In this document: positions 61,357 through 64,000 of the stretch, piece after piece
Layout: every line of letters begins with the position of its first letter
Numbering within the stretch: position 1 is the first letter of the stretch
Origin: a virus
Length of the DNA: 64,000 bases
Reading direction: 5' to 3' (one strand)
Virus record (IMG/VR): IMGVR_UViG_3300026521_000148
Span: 16,351 to 80,350 of that record
Notes under the pieces: generated by a model
The model's database searches: none
What the model was told of the DNA's origin: nothing
What the model saw: only the letters and a program-made list of their open reading frames with translations
Program-made: the position numbers and the translations under genes

Positions 61357-61874
61357 AAGATAAAAAGATAAATAAAATTTATGAAGACGTGTTCGGTGGT
61401 TATAATAACCATGACAACATCATACATAAAGTAGCCTCATTTTTGAGTAAAGATACTGAAAGAATTATTAAGGAGTATGTTGGCTTAGTTCAACAACTCC
61501 TTATACCTAATAAACGGTATTCTTATTTGGATGCAGTTGTAATAAACAAAAAGATAACCAATATCCTATTTGGTAGGAATATAAGTAAAACGGATAACTT
61601 AGATACGGTTAGATATGAGGAACGTAACAACCCTTATTACATAGATAGTATATTCACACTTATGGACCAATACATAGACTTAGAGATACATAAGTTAACA
61701 GGTATAACGTATACAGAATATAAACACATGACGCCACTAGAAAAGAATCTTATATTAGAGCATATAAAATATAAGACATTAGTTAGTAATCTAGAATACG
61801 AAGAAGCTAGTAAAGAAATGAATGAAGAGAAACAAAAGATAGACAATAGTTCATTATTCGATTTAGGAGGTTAA
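61311..61874 (+). CDS. GT-like frameshift extension of the tail assembly chaperone (ORF track 61389..61874)
   Basis: No good ATG/RBS of its own; IHKLTGITYTEYKHMT..EK resembles the T-domain pattern. Confidence 0.55.
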   Translation, partial: YPTAFKIRENNGETLKDKKINKIYEDVFGGYNNHDNIIHKVASFLSKDTERIIKEYVGLVQQLLIPNKRYSYLDAVVINKKITNILFGRNISKTDNLDTVRYEERNNPYYIDSIFTLMDQYIDLEIHKLTGITYTEYKHMTPLEKNLILEHIKYKTLVSNLEYEEASKEMNEEKQKIDNSSLFDLGG

Positions 61875-61876
61875 TA

Positions 61877-62593
61877 ATGGTTAATATAAAGAATGGTATC
61901 TATGTTACTTTAGATTCCTTATTCGATACTAGGTACGGTACTTTAATAGACATAGATAAATCATTACTTAAAAAAGAGTTAATATCTGATAAATACTGGA
62001 ATAGGTTATATGATGAATTTAGTTATATTAATAATTTATTCTTTAGTTATGTTTATTCTAAAAGAGATAAGATAACTTTGTTTAAAAGCCCGCCTACTAA
62101 AATTATAGAGCTGATAGCTACTGAGTTAGTACTTATAGAGAGTAGACTTATAGAGGCCAATGAGATACCTATCCTAACATTAACAGTTAATACATTCCCA
62201 TATACATTAAGTAAAGGTGAAATGGATAGTTTAACTAAAGCTCTAAAGATTTTGACGCTTAATAAAAACTTAGAAGTAGCTTATATAAATGTAGATAGTA
62301 AAGACATAACGTTAGACTTTATAGGTAGTAACTTCTCCATAGCTATTATGTATGAATATAGTAAATGGATAGATTACCATCTAGTAAATAAAACTGGTAA
62401 TGCTACCGATACTGTATTATATGTACCTGCTATAACTGGTACTCCTACAAAGGTTAAAAAAGAAAGAGAGTTAGAAGATATGTTACAAGCTTATAGTGAA
62501 TTGTTCGGTGCTTTTATTAAGATAACCCACATACCGATAGAAGCTTTCTCTGCTAAGATACAAGAAAAAGAAAAACTTATAAAAACACTATAG
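61877..62593 (+). CDS. Conserved jumbo-phage hypothetical protein (HAD-like N-terminus)
   Basis: IYVTLDSLFDTRYGTL; GGAGG RBS. Confidence 0.65.
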   Translation: MVNIKNGIYVTLDSLFDTRYGTLIDIDKSLLKKELISDKYWNRLYDEFSYINNLFFSYVYSKRDKITLFKSPPTKIIELIATELVLIESRLIEANEIPILTLTVNTFPYTLSKGEMDSLTKALKILTLNKNLEVAYINVDSKDITLDFIGSNFSIAIMYEYSKWIDYHLVNKTGNATDTVLYVPAITGTPTKVKKERELEDMLQAYSELFGAFIKITHIPIEAFSAKIQEKEKLIKTL

Positions 62594-62616
62594 TAGGAAT
62601 TATCCTACTATAGTGT
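62585..62616. terminator. Hairpin between convergent genes
   Basis: ACACTATAGTAGGA-ATTA-TCCTACTATAGTGT. Confidence 0.75.
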
Positions 62617-62623
62617 ATGTTTT

Positions 62624-62917
62624 TTAATCTTTATCTACTGTACCTATGAGTTCACTATCAGCTATCTCATCATCCTCAAATTTATGAGTTAGCATGACTT
62701 CAAGCTTATCAACAGTACGTTTAACATCATCGTCTAGTTTTATTTTACCTGTCTCTAATTCGACTTTAACAAATGGGTTTATTTTAAATCTAGGACTAGG
62801 ATACTTCTTTATAAGATACAGCATTGATCCAAATGCTAGATCTTCGGCTCTTAGTGTTTTTGTATTTGGTGGTAACACATTACGAGTCGAGCGCTTAACT
62901 CCTTGACCACGGTTTTG
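62624..62917 (-). CDS. 3' exon of an intron-split gene, probably the nvRNAP beta N-terminal subunit (phiKZ gp123-like)
   Basis: Follows an intron 3' end; L.A.DL.FGS...L.K..P.PR.KINPFV....G.I resembles my recollection of the gp123-family C-terminus (unverified). Confidence 0.5.
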   Translation of the reverse strand, partial: QNRGQGVKRSTRNVLPPNTKTLRAEDLAFGSMLYLIKKYPSPRFKINPFVKVELETGKIKLDDDVKRTVDKLEVMLTHKFEDDEIADSELIGTVDKD

Positions 62918-64000
62918 CAATATCTTCAGCATGATTCGTTACATCATGCCCGCAGCTTTACCTGCAGCTCTATGTCTCCATAGACATCTAGGGTTTACGC
63001 ATCCTAAACGGCACTAATGTGCGTTGAGACTATATCATTCCCTAATACGGGATTCAGCTTTTCGATTTAAGGACTACCGTCCGCCTACTTAGGCCCTACT
63101 GTATGTTTATTACGCTTAATTTGTAAGAATGGTTTCTTCCAGATTCTATACCTATCTTCTTTAGCGTCTTTATTTATTACGCTATTTTTAAGTAAACTAA
63201 TTTCATAACTAAAACTACAACCGCCAATATATATAATGGCATTTTTCCGTAATTTACGTTCAACACTAATTGGGTTTATCCCAAACATAACGCCTATTTT
63301 AGATATAGAGTTCAGTTTAACAATATTATTCTCTACATGATCAAGTACATATATCGTTTTATTACTTGGCCCCTTATCATAAGCGAAAAAATGTTCTTCA
63401 TTATCTAGTGTTAATATATATCTATTAAATAATGGATATTTCTTACTTATTGGTATTCTAGTTTTAATAGAATTTATAGATATTCTAAGATATTCACTGG
63501 CTTTTCTTAACGACCTAAATTTATATATGTCCTTAAGTTTTGTATCGTGTATAGTGATACCGGCATCAAATGTGCACAATCCAATCTCATGGGCATGGTT
63601 AACATTCTCCTTCGGTGTTACCCACTCTAAATTATCAAACTTATTATTATTTTTATCTCCATCCTTATGGTTAATATTCTTACCTATTAGTCTATATACT
63701 TTTTCGTGTAAGAAATACTCAGCTACCAATAAATGGATTGTCTTATTAAGCCTAGCCCCATTCACGAATCTAATCTTAACTCTATGGTACCCATCGGCAG
63801 TAATCCATGACCGCATAACATTACCATCATGTTTTATGACGAACCCATTCCGATGAATATAATAATTAGTGTTAGCTATATTTTTTATTAAGCTATCTTT
63901 TAGCATTTTATCCAACTGTTCTGTGTTATATATCACTAACTTCCTCCTTTTTATAAAGAATTAAACACATTAAGCATAATAATTAAACATACGTATATAG
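62918..64000 (-). mobile_element. Group I intron (3' part; 5' end beyond the window) with HNH ORF
   Basis: CCTTAAATCGAAA and GATATAGTCT core motifs shared with intron 1; P9 hairpin GCATGAT-GTAACGA-ATCATGC; 3' G placed at 62918 by analogy with the other introns. Confidence 0.78.
63085..63936 (-). CDS. Intron-encoded HNH homing endonuclease
   Basis: IHLLVAEYF, INHKDGDKNNNKFDNLEWVTPKENVNHA, NUMOD1 SLRKASEYL; paralog of 23344..24528. Confidence 0.9.
   Translation of the reverse strand: MIYNTEQLDKMLKDSLIKNIANTNYYIHRNGFVIKHDGNVMRSWITADGYHRVKIRFVNGARLNKTIHLLVAEYFLHEKVYRLIGKNINHKDGDKNNNKFDNLEWVTPKENVNHAHEIGLCTFDAGITIHDTKLKDIYKFRSLRKASEYLRISINSIKTRIPISKKYPLFNRYILTLDNEEHFFAYDKGPSNKTIYVLDHVENNIVKLNSISKIGVMFGINPISVERKLRKNAIIYIGGCSFSYEISLLKNSVINKDAKEDRYRIWKKPFLQIKRNKHTVGPK

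Noticed and set aside
9163-62616. Palindromes as CRISPR repeats or MITEs
   Set aside because: Dispersed single copies, not identical, no spacer periodicity, no target-site duplications, no cas genes
1-64000. Alternative genetic code
   Set aside because: Long genes translate intact with the standard code and end in TAA, TAG or TGA; the breaks are explained by introns and one frameshift

Overview
AT-rich (roughly 30% GC by eye) segment of a phiKZ-related jumbo phage. The evidence is split multisubunit virion and non-virion RNA polymerase subunits, a gp181-like giant tail protein with a muramidase domain, a split family-B DNA polymerase, SbcC, RuvC, RNase H, an NAD-dependent ligase and NrdAB. 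The host is Gram-negative (spanin-like pair, outer-membrane barrel gene); Campylobacterota is only a guess. Protein and ortholog calls come from motifs and recalled synteny, not database searches. Main structures not shown by the ORF track: (1) The nvRNAP beta' gene is split by three group I introns, with the catalytic FDGD on a 12-nt micro-exon (exons 26028-24934, 23247-23134, 21818-21807, 21178-20966; 477 aa). (2) A five-gene operon encodes a membrane protein, a receiver protein, a sensor histidine kinase, a secreted Cys-rich protein and an outer-membrane beta-barrel, a candidate phage-encoded trans-envelope signalling system. (3) An ORF-less group I intron joins two tail-fibre ORFs. (4) A probable -1 programmed frameshift (T TTT TTT) joins a G/GT-type tail chaperone pair. 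(5) A fifth intron is cut by the window end. (6) NrdA carries a LAGLIDADG intein at its active site. (7) There is a repeated early-promoter plus hairpin cassette and a family of palindromic terminators. No tRNA, rRNA or CRISPR array was seen.
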